Shown: positions 46,197 through 54,907, counted from the first letter of the stretch. The stretch is 64,000 nucleotides of DNA from Azospirillum brasilense (GCA_003241645.1 QFOX01000001.1:54475-118474), one strand, 5' to 3'. Numbers and translations: made by a program. The notes: a model not told the origin generated them from the sequence alone.

Positions 46197-47768
46197 ATGC
46201 TGCAACGGTTCGTGGATGATACGCGCGGTTCGGTGTTCGTGATGGTCGGCGCCGCCATCATCATGCTGGTGGGCGTGGTGGGCGTGGCGGTGGATGTGGG
46301 GCGCGGCCAGATGGCGCAGACCAAGCTGCAGAACGCGCTGGATGCCGCGGGGCTGGCCGCGGGCGCCAGCATCAACAGCCAGGACCTCGAAGCCGAGGTG
46401 ATGAAATACATGAACGTGAATTTCACCGAGGGCACGCTGGGCGCCACGGTGACCAACGTGGACCCCGTGCTAAACGAGGAGGGCACGCTGCTGACCGTCA
46501 CGGCGGATGCCACCATGCCAACCACCTTCATGAATATCTTCGGCCACACCACCATGAACCTGCAGGCGCACACCGAAGTAACGCGCACGCAGAAGGGCAT
46601 GGAGCTGGCCGTGGTGCTGGATACCACCGGCTCCATGGCGGGCAGCAAATTGACGGCGCTTAAAACTGCCTCGAACGATTTGATGGATATTCTGTTTGGG
46701 GAAACCGCCAGCACGGCGGATAATCTGTGGGTCGGCATCGTGCCGTTCTCCATGGCGGTGAATGTGGGGCCGAGCCACACCGATTGGCTGGATGCCGGGC
46801 AGTATGCTGCGCTCGACTGGGGCACCACCAGCTGGCGCGGCTGCACCGAAGCGCGCTGGGTGGACGGCAACGACCTGACGGATGCAACGCCGAGCGATGA
46901 GCCGTTCCTTGCCTATTACTGGCAGGACGACACGAACAACGACTGGCGGCAGGTGGACACGCAGGACGTGACCACCACCACGCTGTGCGGCCCCACCAGC
47001 AGCACCAGCTGCCGCTGCACCACCGCCACGGGCGGCTACAGTGGTGGCACGCGCGTGTGCGGCACCACCACCAGCGGCACCACCAGCACGCGCATTTATT
47101 GCACCAACCAGACCAGCAGCAGCAACAAGCGCTGCTATCAGGAAGTGACCACGCAGCACGCGCCCATCTACAGCTACGATATTACCAGCAGCAAAGGCCC
47201 CAACACCTATTGCCCCACCACGCCGATCACGCCGCTGACCAACCAGCGCAGCACGCTGGATACGGCCATTACCAACCTCACCGCAGTAGGCGGCACGCAT
47301 ATTCCCACCGGCGCAGCATGGGGCTGGCGGCTGATCAGCCCGAACTGGCGCGGGCTGTGGGGCGGCAGCATGAACACCAACGACCTGCCGCTGGATTACA
47401 ATACCGACCTGATGGTCAAGGCCATGATCCTGATGACGGACGGTGAGAACACCATGTACACGAATGCCGATGGTGCGTATGGCTACACCCCGCAGAACCA
47501 CACCGGCATGACCAGCACGCCCTATACCGACACCAAGGCCGCGCAACGGCTGAACGTGAAGCTGGAGCAGATCTGCACCAACATGAAGGCGCAGGGCATC
47601 ATTGTGTATACGGTGGTGTTCGACCTGAACAGCACCACGGTGGACGACATGATGCGCAACTGCGCCACCCAGCCCGATTACTATTTCAATTCGCCGGATG
47701 AAGCCGCGCTGCGGCAGGCCTTCCGCACCATTGGCGACAGCCTGTCGAACCTGCGCATCAGTCGGTAA
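46197..47768 (+). CDS. tadG: TadG-like protein with vWA domain
   Basis: 523 aa. The TadG N-terminal TM is GSVFVMVGAAIIMLVGVVGVAVDVGR. vWA/MIDAS-like elements are VVLDTTGSMAG, GGTHIPTG and LMTDGEN. A Thr/Ser/Cys-rich insert reads TTTLCGPTSSTSCRCTTATGG...YCTNQTSSSNKRCY. Confidence 0.75.
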   Translation: MLQRFVDDTRGSVFVMVGAAIIMLVGVVGVAVDVGRGQMAQTKLQNALDAAGLAAGASINSQDLEAEVMKYMNVNFTEGTLGATVTNVDPVLNEEGTLLTVTADATMPTTFMNIFGHTTMNLQAHTEVTRTQKGMELAVVLDTTGSMAGSKLTALKTASNDLMDILFGETASTADNLWVGIVPFSMAVNVGPSHTDWLDAGQYAALDWGTTSWRGCTEARWVDGNDLTDATPSDEPFLAYYWQDDTNNDWRQVDTQDVTTTTLCGPTSSTSCRCTTATGGYSGGTRVCGTTTSGTTSTRIYCTNQTSSSNKRCYQEVTTQHAPIYSYDITSSKGPNTYCPTTPITPLTNQRSTLDTAITNLTAVGGTHIPTGAAWGWRLISPNWRGLWGGSMNTNDLPLDYNTDLMVKAMILMTDGENTMYTNADGAYGYTPQNHTGMTSTPYTDTKAAQRLNVKLEQICTNMKAQGIIVYTVVFDLNSTTVDDMMRNCATQPDYYFNSPDEAALRQAFRTIGDSLSNLRISR

Positions 47769-47807
47769 TAGGAAATGCGTTGGGCATGTGCGCCTAAGCC
47801 GTGCGGC

Positions 47808-47840
47808 GGCTGCGCGGCGCGCAGCCTTGCGCGGCAAGGC
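47808..47840. repeat. Two overlapping GC hairpins after tadG
   Basis: GGCTGCGCggcGCGCAGCC has an 8-bp stem and GCCTTGCgcgGCAAGGC has a 7-bp stem. Neither has a T-run. Confidence 0.6.
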
Positions 47841-47847
47841 TTCCATG

Positions 47848-47892
47848 ATTCTCCCTACCAAACGATCCACTGGATCGTTTGGTAGGGAGAAT
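47848..47892. repeat. Perfect 45-nt palindrome (21-bp arms, 3-nt loop) abutting the 3' end of tRNA-Thr
   Basis: ATTCTCCCTACCAAACGATCCactGGATCGTTTGGTAGGGAGAAT. Its last base coincides with the base encoding the terminal A of the tRNA CCA. Confidence 0.85.
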
Positions 47893-47966
47893 GGTGCCGG
47901 TTGCAGGATTTGAACCCGCGACCTTCGGTTTACAAAACCGCTGCTCTACCCCTGAGCTAAACCGGC
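47892..47966 (-). tRNA. tRNA-Thr (anticodon UGU)
   Basis: Reverse complement is GCCGGTTTAGCTCAGGGGTAGAGCAGCGGTTTTGTAAACCGAAGGTCGCGGGTTCAAATCCTGCAACCGGCACCA. Features: 7-bp acceptor, anticodon loop TTTGTAA, T-loop GGTTCAAATCC, encoded CCA. Confidence 0.93.
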
Positions 47967-48137
47967 ACGCGCATGCGGGCCGGGTGTACCGGATTTCGCG
48001 CAGGCCTGCAAGTAGCCTTCCTTTATGCAAAACCGATCCTTCGGGCCACTGCGGCATATGGATAGGCCACGGCGCGCCGCGTAGCTTTCACGGTATCAAT
48101 CAAAACAAGTATCACTCAAAACAAAATGGAGAGACCC

Positions 48138-48686
48138 ATGTTAGATTTCCTGAAGCCCGAGAACGATGCCATCCTCATCCTCAAGAAAGACCACGATGTA
48201 GTGGATGCACTGTTCGATGATTTCAAAAAAGCCGAATCGCGTGACGAAAAATGCCGCATCGCACTGGAAGCCATTAACGAGCTGCGCATGCACGCGCTGG
48301 TGGAAGAAGAAATTTTCTACCCCGCCATGCGTGCCCAAGGCGTGGACAAGGACATGCTGAACGAAGCCGATGAAGAGCACCATGTTGCCAAACTGCTGAT
48401 CGCGGAGCTAGCGACGATGGACGGTTCCGAGCAGCATTTCGATGCGAAATTCACTGTGCTGGCCGAGAATATCCGCCACCATGTGAAGGAAGAAGAGCAT
48501 GATCTCTTCCCGAAATGCCGCGATACCGAGGTGGATATGGTCGCCCTTGGCGAGCGTATGCTCGCGCGCAAGGACGAGCTGAAGACCAAAGGCATTCCTG
48601 CCAACGCGGAAGAGCTGCTCATGGCCCGTCAGGGTGTGCATGATTCCTCGGCAGAAGCGGCGATGCGCAAACCGCGCGCGGCCTAG
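48138..48686 (+). CDS. Hemerythrin-like (HHE cation-binding) domain protein
   Basis: I use the ATG at 48138, preceded by GGAGAG. Contains LKKDHDVVDALF, HALVEEEIFYPA, EEHHVAKLLI and HHVKEEEHDLFP. Confidence 0.8.
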   Translation: MLDFLKPENDAILILKKDHDVVDALFDDFKKAESRDEKCRIALEAINELRMHALVEEEIFYPAMRAQGVDKDMLNEADEEHHVAKLLIAELATMDGSEQHFDAKFTVLAENIRHHVKEEEHDLFPKCRDTEVDMVALGERMLARKDELKTKGIPANAEELLMARQGVHDSSAEAAMRKPRAA

Positions 48687-49966
48687 TTGCCGTATTCGCC
48701 GTCCTTCAGCCAGGGGCGGTGGTTCATCGGCTTGCCGAAATAATACCCCTGAAGCTGGTCGACCCCGAGCTCCATGAGCATTTTGGCGATCTCGCCATTC
48801 TCAACGAACTCGGCGACCGACTTCAGGCCGAAGCCGCGCGTGAAATCGAGCAGCATTTTCACGAAGAAACGCGAATCGGCATTGTCGGTCAGGTCACGAA
48901 TGAAGCTGCCGTCGATCTTCACCATGTCGAGCGAGAGCATTTTCAGCTGGCGGAAGCTGGTGTAGCCCGAGCCGAAATCATCCAGCGCGATGAGTGCGCC
49001 CGTCATTTGCACTTCGGCGCAGAAGAACGCCATGTGCTTCAGGTCGCGGTGCATCGCGGTCTCGGTGATTTCCACGATCAGGCGCGGGCCGATCTCGGGC
49101 GTTTCATCGGTCGCCTGCTTCAGCATGGCCAGCCAGCTGGGGTCCTGCGTGGTCAGGTTCGACACGTTCAATGCCAGCTGCACGTGCTTGTCGTTGCGCA
49201 GTTCGGCGACCACTTTTTCCAGCACTATCTTGTCGATCATCGGCATCAGCCCCATGCGCTCGGCCACGGGAATGAGCATGCCGGCGGAGCTGATCTTGCC
49301 CTCATCCGAATAGAGGCGCAGCAGGGCCTCGTAATGCGCGACCTCGCCGGATTTGCTGTCGATCACCGGCTGGTAGGCAAGGCGCAGGCGGTTTTCTTTC
49401 ATGGCCTGCCCAAGAATGTTGGCGATGCCCATTTCCTCGCGCTGTTCCACGCCGGAAATATCCTGCCGCAGGCGGTTTTCGTCCTTCTCTTCGGTCAGCG
49501 CCACCAGTGTGCGCGCCAGTAATTCTTCGGCGGTGCCGTGCGCGTCGGGCAGCATCTGGTACGCGTAGCGGCTCAGGCAATGCAGCTCGCCATAGCGCGA
49601 ATCGTAGCTGTAGGTGCGGATCGCGTCCTGCACGTCGTGGCACCATTGCTGCACCTGCCGCTCCAGCATGCCATGCAGCAAAATGCCGAACTGGTCGCGC
49701 TGCACGCGGGCGAGCTGCCCGTTCTCCAGCTTGCTGCCGATCACTTCCTCGATCTCTTTCATCACGGCTTCGGCCACCGCCATGGAATAACCGCTCATGA
49801 TCATGGGCAGGTTATCGATGGAGAAAAGGATGATGGTGGCGGGCAGTTGTTTCGTGCGCGCGTCGGATTCCAGCTGCGCCAGCGCTTCCACAAAGCGCTG
49901 CGGGTAGCCGCAGCTGCCAAGGGCAGGGGTGCTCGTTGCGGGGTCGGATTGCGAACGCCAGAACAT
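48683..49966 (-). CDS. Degenerate-GGDEF / EAL domain protein (putative c-di-GMP phosphodiesterase)
   Basis: EAL motifs are intact (YQPVIDSKSGEVAHYEALLRL, IALDDFGSGYTSF, VKIDGSFI, LQGYYFGKP). The GGDEF position reads RVQRDQFGILL. The start is uncertain (49966, 50029 or 50050). Confidence 0.8.
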   Translation of the reverse strand: MFWRSQSDPATSTPALGSCGYPQRFVEALAQLESDARTKQLPATIILFSIDNLPMIMSGYSMAVAEAVMKEIEEVIGSKLENGQLARVQRDQFGILLHGMLERQVQQWCHDVQDAIRTYSYDSRYGELHCLSRYAYQMLPDAHGTAEELLARTLVALTEEKDENRLRQDISGVEQREEMGIANILGQAMKENRLRLAYQPVIDSKSGEVAHYEALLRLYSDEGKISSAGMLIPVAERMGLMPMIDKIVLEKVVAELRNDKHVQLALNVSNLTTQDPSWLAMLKQATDETPEIGPRLIVEITETAMHRDLKHMAFFCAEVQMTGALIALDDFGSGYTSFRQLKMLSLDMVKIDGSFIRDLTDNADSRFFVKMLLDFTRGFGLKSVAEFVENGEIAKMLMELGVDQLQGYYFGKPMNHRPWLKDGEYGN

Positions 49967-50134
49967 AGGGGTGGGGTTGAATCGGTTGCGGGTGTTTTGT
50001 TTTATATGGCAAATTGCCGGAACAGGCATCTTGCCACACTTCTCACCCACTGTGAAGCAGCACGGTGATTTTGCCAGCCGCGCGGCACAAAAGACCCATG
50101 AAATTGCATGAAAAATTGCCGACCTGCGGCAGGA

Positions 50135-51010
50135 TTACGACAAATTAGGAAATGCTGCAGTAACCAGCAGCGCGACGAACAGGCAAAGCCCGAGCCACTG
50201 GTTGCTGCGAAACAGCTGGCCGCCACGCATGCTTCCCGGCAACAATGCGTTCGCCTGGCTGGCCTGCCAGCCCATATGCACCGCCACGGCGATCAACGCC
50301 AGCTGCACCGGCCATGCATAGCGCTCGGCAAGGATGCAGGCGGCAAGCCAGAACAGCAACGCCGCCCCATAGCAGGCGAGGGTGAACCACTGCAGGCGCG
50401 CGCCCGTGCCAACCCGCCGCGCGGTGGATTTGATGCCCACGCTGGCATCGTCGGGCATGTCCTGCACGGCGTAGAGCGTGTCGTAGCCCAGCGTCCAGAA
50501 GAAGCAGCCCGCATAGAGTAGCAGCGGGGCGAGGGCGAGGGGCTGGCCCGTCGCCGCCCAGCCGATGAGGGCACCGAAATTGAAAGTCAGGCCAAGGAAG
50601 GCCTGCGGCCAGAAGGTGAGCCGCTTCATCCACGGGTAGGCGGCGATCAGCGGCACAGCGCACAGCGCCAGCCACACCACCTGCATGGGCAGCACCAGCG
50701 CCAGCAGCAGCGCATTGAAGGCCAGCACGAACAGCAGCACGCCCGCATCGCGCACGGAAATCTCACCACTGGCAAGCGGGCGGGTGCGTGTGCGTTCCAC
50801 CTGCGCGTCAAGCCTGCGGTCGGTGAGGTCGTTGATGATGCAACCCGCCGCGCGGGTAATGGTCGCGCCCAGCAGCATCAGCGCCAGAAGGTCCCACCGC
50901 AGCGGGGCGGGGGCCAGCAGCATGCCCCACGCCGCCGGGAAAAACAGCAGCCAGATGCCGATGGGCTTGTCCATGCGCATCAGGCGCAGATAGGGGCGAA
51001 CGCGTTGCAT
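50135..51010 (-). CDS. ubiA: 4-hydroxybenzoate polyprenyltransferase
   Basis: 291 aa. Contains MRMDKPIGIWLLFFPAAWG, the Asp-rich motif GCIINDLTDRRLD, and YDTLYAVQDMPDD. Confidence 0.9.
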   Translation of the reverse strand: MQRVRPYLRLMRMDKPIGIWLLFFPAAWGMLLAPAPLRWDLLALMLLGATITRAAGCIINDLTDRRLDAQVERTRTRPLASGEISVRDAGVLLFVLAFNALLLALVLPMQVVWLALCAVPLIAAYPWMKRLTFWPQAFLGLTFNFGALIGWAATGQPLALAPLLLYAGCFFWTLGYDTLYAVQDMPDDASVGIKSTARRVGTGARLQWFTLACYGAALLFWLAACILAERYAWPVQLALIAVAVHMGWQASQANALLPGSMRGGQLFRSNQWLGLCLFVALLVTAAFPNLS

Positions 51011-51055
51011 AAAACGCTACTAGCATGAATCCCACGCGGGCGGTAAAGAGAAACG

Positions 51056-52036
51056 ATGCACCCAAAACCCCGCCAGCGCCTCGCCATCGACCATGCCCTG
51101 CAACCGGGCGCTGCCCTGCAGCTGGAGGGCAACCACGCGCATTACCTTGGGCATGTGCTACGTGCCCAGCCCGGCGAGCATGTGGCGCTGTTCAACCGCA
51201 CCGACGGCGAATGGCTGGCGCAGATCACCGAGGTGAAGAAAAAATCCATTGCCCTGCAACTGGTGGCGCAGACCAAGGCGGCGCAGGTCGGGGTGGATAT
51301 GTGGGTCGCGTTCGCGCCCATCAAGGGCGGCAGGCTGGAGACGATCATCGAGAAAGCGACCGAACTGGGCGCGGCGCAACTGCACCCGGTGCTGACGCAG
51401 CGCACCATCGTGGACAAGGTGAATGCGGAACGCGCCGAATCCATCGCCCGTGAAGCCGCCGAGCAATGCGAACGCACCGACTGGCCGCTGATCCACGCGC
51501 CGCAGAAACTGGCGCAATGGCTGGGCAGCTTCCCCACCGACCGCGTGCTGATCTATGGCGATGAAACGGGGGGCGGCGTAGCCCTTCAAGATGTATTACG
51601 TGGGCACCTGCGGTGCCTTGAAGGGGCTGCGTCCCCTTCGCCCGCCAATGGCGGGCTGACCCCTCCCGCAAGCGGCTCGGCCTTACGGCCTACGCAAGAA
51701 ATGCATCAACCCCGAGAGGATACGGCGCGTAGCGCGGAAGCGCGAGCCGCCGCGCGAGGGGGGTCAGCGACCGAAGGAAGCGAAGGGGGTGGGCTTGCGC
51801 CCCCCTTCATGCCCGAAGGGCAACCTATAAAATGGGCCATTCTCGCGGGGCCGGAAGGCGGCTTCACGCCGGACGAACTGGCCATGCTGCGCCATTGCAA
51901 ACAGGCGCGCGGCGTTTCTTTGGGGCCGCGCATCTTGCGGGCAGACACCGCCATCATTACATTGGCGGCCATGACATTGGCGGCGTGGGGTGATTGGCAC
52001 CGTGCACCACGCTTTGAAGGGGGCATTCCATCATGA
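51056..52036 (+). CDS. rsmE: 16S rRNA (uracil1498-N3)-methyltransferase RsmE carrying an in-frame repeat insertion
   Basis: 326 aa. The N-terminal PUA-like part has HAHYLGHVLRAQPGEHVALFN and the SPOUT part has FAPIKGGRLETIIEKATELGA and WAILAGPEGGFTPDE. About 65-80 extra residues lie between DETGGG and WAILAGPEGG. Confidence 0.85.
   Translation: MHPKPRQRLAIDHALQPGAALQLEGNHAHYLGHVLRAQPGEHVALFNRTDGEWLAQITEVKKKSIALQLVAQTKAAQVGVDMWVAFAPIKGGRLETIIEKATELGAAQLHPVLTQRTIVDKVNAERAESIAREAAEQCERTDWPLIHAPQKLAQWLGSFPTDRVLIYGDETGGGVALQDVLRGHLRCLEGAASPSPANGGLTPPASGSALRPTQEMHQPREDTARSAEARAAARGGSATEGSEGGGLAPPFMPEGQPIKWAILAGPEGGFTPDELAMLRHCKQARGVSLGPRILRADTAIITLAAMTLAAWGDWHRAPRFEGGIPS
51621..51809. repeat. Family-A repeat, complete two-armed palindromic copy, in frame inside rsmE
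   Basis: Left arm is GAAGGGGctgcgtCCCCTTC...CGGCTCggccttacggccTACGC. The centre contains ATGCAT. Right arm is GCGTAgcgcggaagcgcGAGCCG...GAAGGGGGtgggcttgcgCCCCCCTTC. Confidence 0.85.
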
Positions 52037-53304
52037 ACCAACCGGCACTCCAGCCTGCGGCCACGCCGCCGGCCATTCTTGACCGCCTGCGCGACCTGCT
52101 GGCCAGCCGCAGCGATGAGATCACCGCATGGATGGATGCGCGGCGCATGGAATCCGGCGCGCCGTTCTATTCGTCGGTCGATCTGCGGCATGCGGGCTAT
52201 AAACTCGCTCCCGTGGACACCAACCTGTTCCCGGCAGGGTTCAACAAACTCAGCGCTGCAGCCCGCCAGCGCGCGGCCCTGCATGCGCGCGCCCGCTTCA
52301 CGCGCTGCAACCAGCCGATCACGCGCGTGCTGCTGATCCCCGAGAATCATACGCGCAACCAGGGCTATCTGGATAATCTCGGCGCGCTGAAATCGGTGCT
52401 GGAAGCGGGCGGGGCGGAAGTGGTGATTGGTAGCCTTGCGGCGCAGCCGGGCCAGCCCATTGCCTTGCAGACCAGCACCGGCGAAGATTTGCTGCAGCAA
52501 CCGCTGGTGCGTGAGCGCAGCATGCTGGCCACCGAATCGGGCTTCGTACCGCAGATGATCGTGCTGAACAACGACCTCACCTCGGGCCTGCCGGATGTGT
52601 TGCGTGGCGTGAGCCAGCCTATCCAGCCGCGGCCCAGTCAGGGTTGGCACCGCCGCCGCAAATCCATCCATTTCGATGCGTACGCCAAGCTGGTGCGCGA
52701 ATTCGCCGATGCGTTCGCGCTTGATCCGTGGCTGCTCGACAGCGTGTCGCACAAATGCGGCCGCGTGAATTTTGGCGAACGGCAGGGCCTCGAATGCGTG
52801 GCCATGGGCGTGGAAAAAGTGCTGCACAATGTGCGCAGCAAATACGCCGAATACGGCATTACCGATGAGCCGTATGTGTACGTGAAATCTGACGCGGGCA
52901 CCTATGGCATGGGCATCATGACGGTGAAATCCGGCGACGAGATGCTGGAGCTGAACAAGAAGCTGCGCAACAAAATGAACGTCATCAAGGAAGGCGTGCA
53001 ATCCACCGAAGTGGTGATCCAGGAAGGCATTCCCACCATTGATGTGGTGGATGGCGCACCGGCCGAGCCGATGCTGTATCTGATGGATGGGCACGCCGTG
53101 GGCGGAGCCTACCGCGTGAACCGCGAGCGCGATGCGCAGGGCAATTTGAACGCCACCGGCATGGAATTCGTCGGCATGTGCGACGAGGGCGAAGACGGCA
53201 AAGCCAAAATGCCCAGCTGCCATTTCGGCGCGCTGGGGCTTATTGCCGAGCTGGCCTCACTCGCCGCCCCGCGCGAAGAATACGGCGAGAGCTATTCCAT
53301 TTAG
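52033..53304 (+). CDS. gshA: Glutamate--cysteine ligase (GshA-type family)
   Basis: 423 aa. Contains FYSSVDLRHAGYKLAPVDTNLFPAGFN, PENHTRNQGY and YVYVKSDAGTYGMGIMTV, which I recall as the GshA-type glutamate-cysteine ligase family. ATGA overlap with rsmE. Confidence 0.7.
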   Translation: MNQPALQPAATPPAILDRLRDLLASRSDEITAWMDARRMESGAPFYSSVDLRHAGYKLAPVDTNLFPAGFNKLSAAARQRAALHARARFTRCNQPITRVLLIPENHTRNQGYLDNLGALKSVLEAGGAEVVIGSLAAQPGQPIALQTSTGEDLLQQPLVRERSMLATESGFVPQMIVLNNDLTSGLPDVLRGVSQPIQPRPSQGWHRRRKSIHFDAYAKLVREFADAFALDPWLLDSVSHKCGRVNFGERQGLECVAMGVEKVLHNVRSKYAEYGITDEPYVYVKSDAGTYGMGIMTVKSGDEMLELNKKLRNKMNVIKEGVQSTEVVIQEGIPTIDVVDGAPAEPMLYLMDGHAVGGAYRVNRERDAQGNLNATGMEFVGMCDEGEDGKAKMPSCHFGALGLIAELASLAAPREEYGESYSI

Positions 53305-53339
53305 TGACGGGTGAGGCGTGAGGTGTGAGGTGTGAGGTG
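53305..53339 (+). repeat. Tandem heptamer repeat GTGAGGY x5
   Basis: gtgacgg gtgaggc gtgaggt gtgaggt gtgaggt, starting 1 nt after the gshA stop. Degenerate inverse copies (..cctcac..) follow after an AT-rich spacer. Confidence 0.8.
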
Positions 53340-53395
53340 TCGGATTTCATCTGACTAAATTACCACTCACTATTCACGCATCACCACGCACTTCC

Positions 53396-54907
53396 TCACG
53401 CCGCGTCGAGCCACTTGCCCTGCGGCTGCTGGCGATACGAAAGCGCTTCGGACAAATGCAGTTTGCTCACCGCAGCGCTGCCTTCAAGGTCGGCAATGGT
53501 GCGCGCCATGCGCAGCACGCGCGTGAGCCCACGCATGGAGAGATGGAGCTGTTTCGTGGCGCCCTCAAGCAAGCTATGCGCCGCCCCATCCAGCTGCGTG
53601 CGCTGTTGCAGTGCCTCGCCGCTCAGCGTGGCGTTGATGCAGCCTTGCCGCACCTGCTGCGCCTGCCGTGCGGCCGCCACACGCTTGGCCACCACGGCGC
53701 TCGGCTCGGCCGATTCGCGGCTCAGCATGGCCAGCGTATCCATCGCGGGGACTTCGACATGCAGGTCGATGCGATCCAGCAGCGGGCCGGATATTTTGCT
53801 CTGGTAGTCGCCCGCGCAGCGCGGCGCTTTGCTGCAGGCGCGCTCGGCGTCGCTCAGGTAACCGCAGCGGCAGGGGTTCATCGCCGCGATCAGCTGGAAC
53901 CGTGCCGGGTAGGTGACATGCATGGCCACGCGCGCCACGCTGATGGTGCCGGTCTCCAGCGGCTGGCGCAGCGATTCCAGCACCGCGCGGGGGTATTCGG
54001 GCAGCTCATCCAGAAACAGCACGCCGTGATGCGCCAGCGAAATTTCACCGGGCACGGCGCGTTTGCCGCCGCCCACCATGGCGGCCATGGAGCTGGAATG
54101 GTGCGGGTCGCGGAAGGGCCGCGCGCCGCTGAATTCGCCCTTCACCAGTTTGCCCGCGACCGAGGCAATGAGGTTCGCCTCCAGCATTTCTTCGGCGCTC
54201 ATGGGCGGCAGAATGCCCGGCAGACACGCCGCCAGCATGGATTTGCCCGAGCCGGGCGGCCCGATCATCAGCAAATTATGGCCACCGGCCGCGGCAATTT
54301 CCAACGCGCGCTTGGCCATGGCCTGCCCGCGCACTTCGGCCAAGTCCGGCCCACGATGCGCCACCGCCATGCTGCGGATCTCCGGCGGGCTTAGCACCTG
54401 CTGGCCTTTCACATGGTTGATAATGGCCAGCAGCGAGCTTGCGGCCCACACATCCAGCTCACCGGCGAAGGCGGCCTCGGCACCGTTGCCTGCCGGGCAG
54501 ATGAGCCCGCGGCCTTGCGCACTGGCGGCAAGCGCGGCGGGCAGCACGCCGGCCACTTCCTGCAACCGCCCGTCGAGCGCCAGTTCGCCCAGCGCCAGCA
54601 TGCGCTCGGTCGCATCTTCCGGCAGCATCTGCATGGCAACCAGCAGGCCCAGCGCGATGGGCACGTCGAAATGCGAGCCTTCCTTGGCCACATCCGCCGG
54701 GGCGAGGTTGACGAGGATTTTCTTTGCAGGCAGCTGCACGCCCATGGAGGCGAGCGCCGCGCGCACCCGTTCGCGCGATTCGCGCACGGTGTTGTCCGGC
54801 AGGCCGACGATGGTGAAGGCGGGAAGGCCCGCACCCAGATGCACCTGCACCTCGACCGGGATGGTTTCAATGCCCTGGAAGGCAACGGTGTGGATGCGCG
54901 TGACCAT
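53396..54907 (-). CDS. comM: YifB/ComM family Mg-chelatase-like AAA+ ATPase
   Basis: 503 aa. Lon-like N-domain, Walker A LLMIGPPGSGKSMLA, Walker B HHGVLFLDELPE, then ARFQLIAAMNPCRCGY. Confidence 0.9.
   Translation of the reverse strand: MVTRIHTVAFQGIETIPVEVQVHLGAGLPAFTIVGLPDNTVRESRERVRAALASMGVQLPAKKILVNLAPADVAKEGSHFDVPIALGLLVAMQMLPEDATERMLALGELALDGRLQEVAGVLPAALAASAQGRGLICPAGNGAEAAFAGELDVWAASSLLAIINHVKGQQVLSPPEIRSMAVAHRGPDLAEVRGQAMAKRALEIAAAGGHNLLMIGPPGSGKSMLAACLPGILPPMSAEEMLEANLIASVAGKLVKGEFSGARPFRDPHHSSSMAAMVGGGKRAVPGEISLAHHGVLFLDELPEYPRAVLESLRQPLETGTISVARVAMHVTYPARFQLIAAMNPCRCGYLSDAERACSKAPRCAGDYQSKISGPLLDRIDLHVEVPAMDTLAMLSRESAEPSAVVAKRVAAARQAQQVRQGCINATLSGEALQQRTQLDGAAHSLLEGATKQLHLSMRGLTRVLRMARTIADLEGSAAVSKLHLSEALSYRQQPQGKWLDAA

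Noticed and set aside
46960-47170. Thr/Ser/Cys-rich segment of TadG, considered as a separate inserted element or repeat.
   Set aside because: I found no nucleotide-level repeat or palindrome. It looks like a low-complexity, probably disulfide-rich, surface insert within the vWA domain. It is noted only in the feature evidence.
53305-53339. Possible CRISPR or other spaced-repeat array at the heptamer repeat, and at the repeat-dense 30180-30503 region.
   Set aside because: The repeat units are 7 nt and contiguous with no spacers. The 30-kb region consists of palindromic units of different sequence. No cas genes are present in the window.
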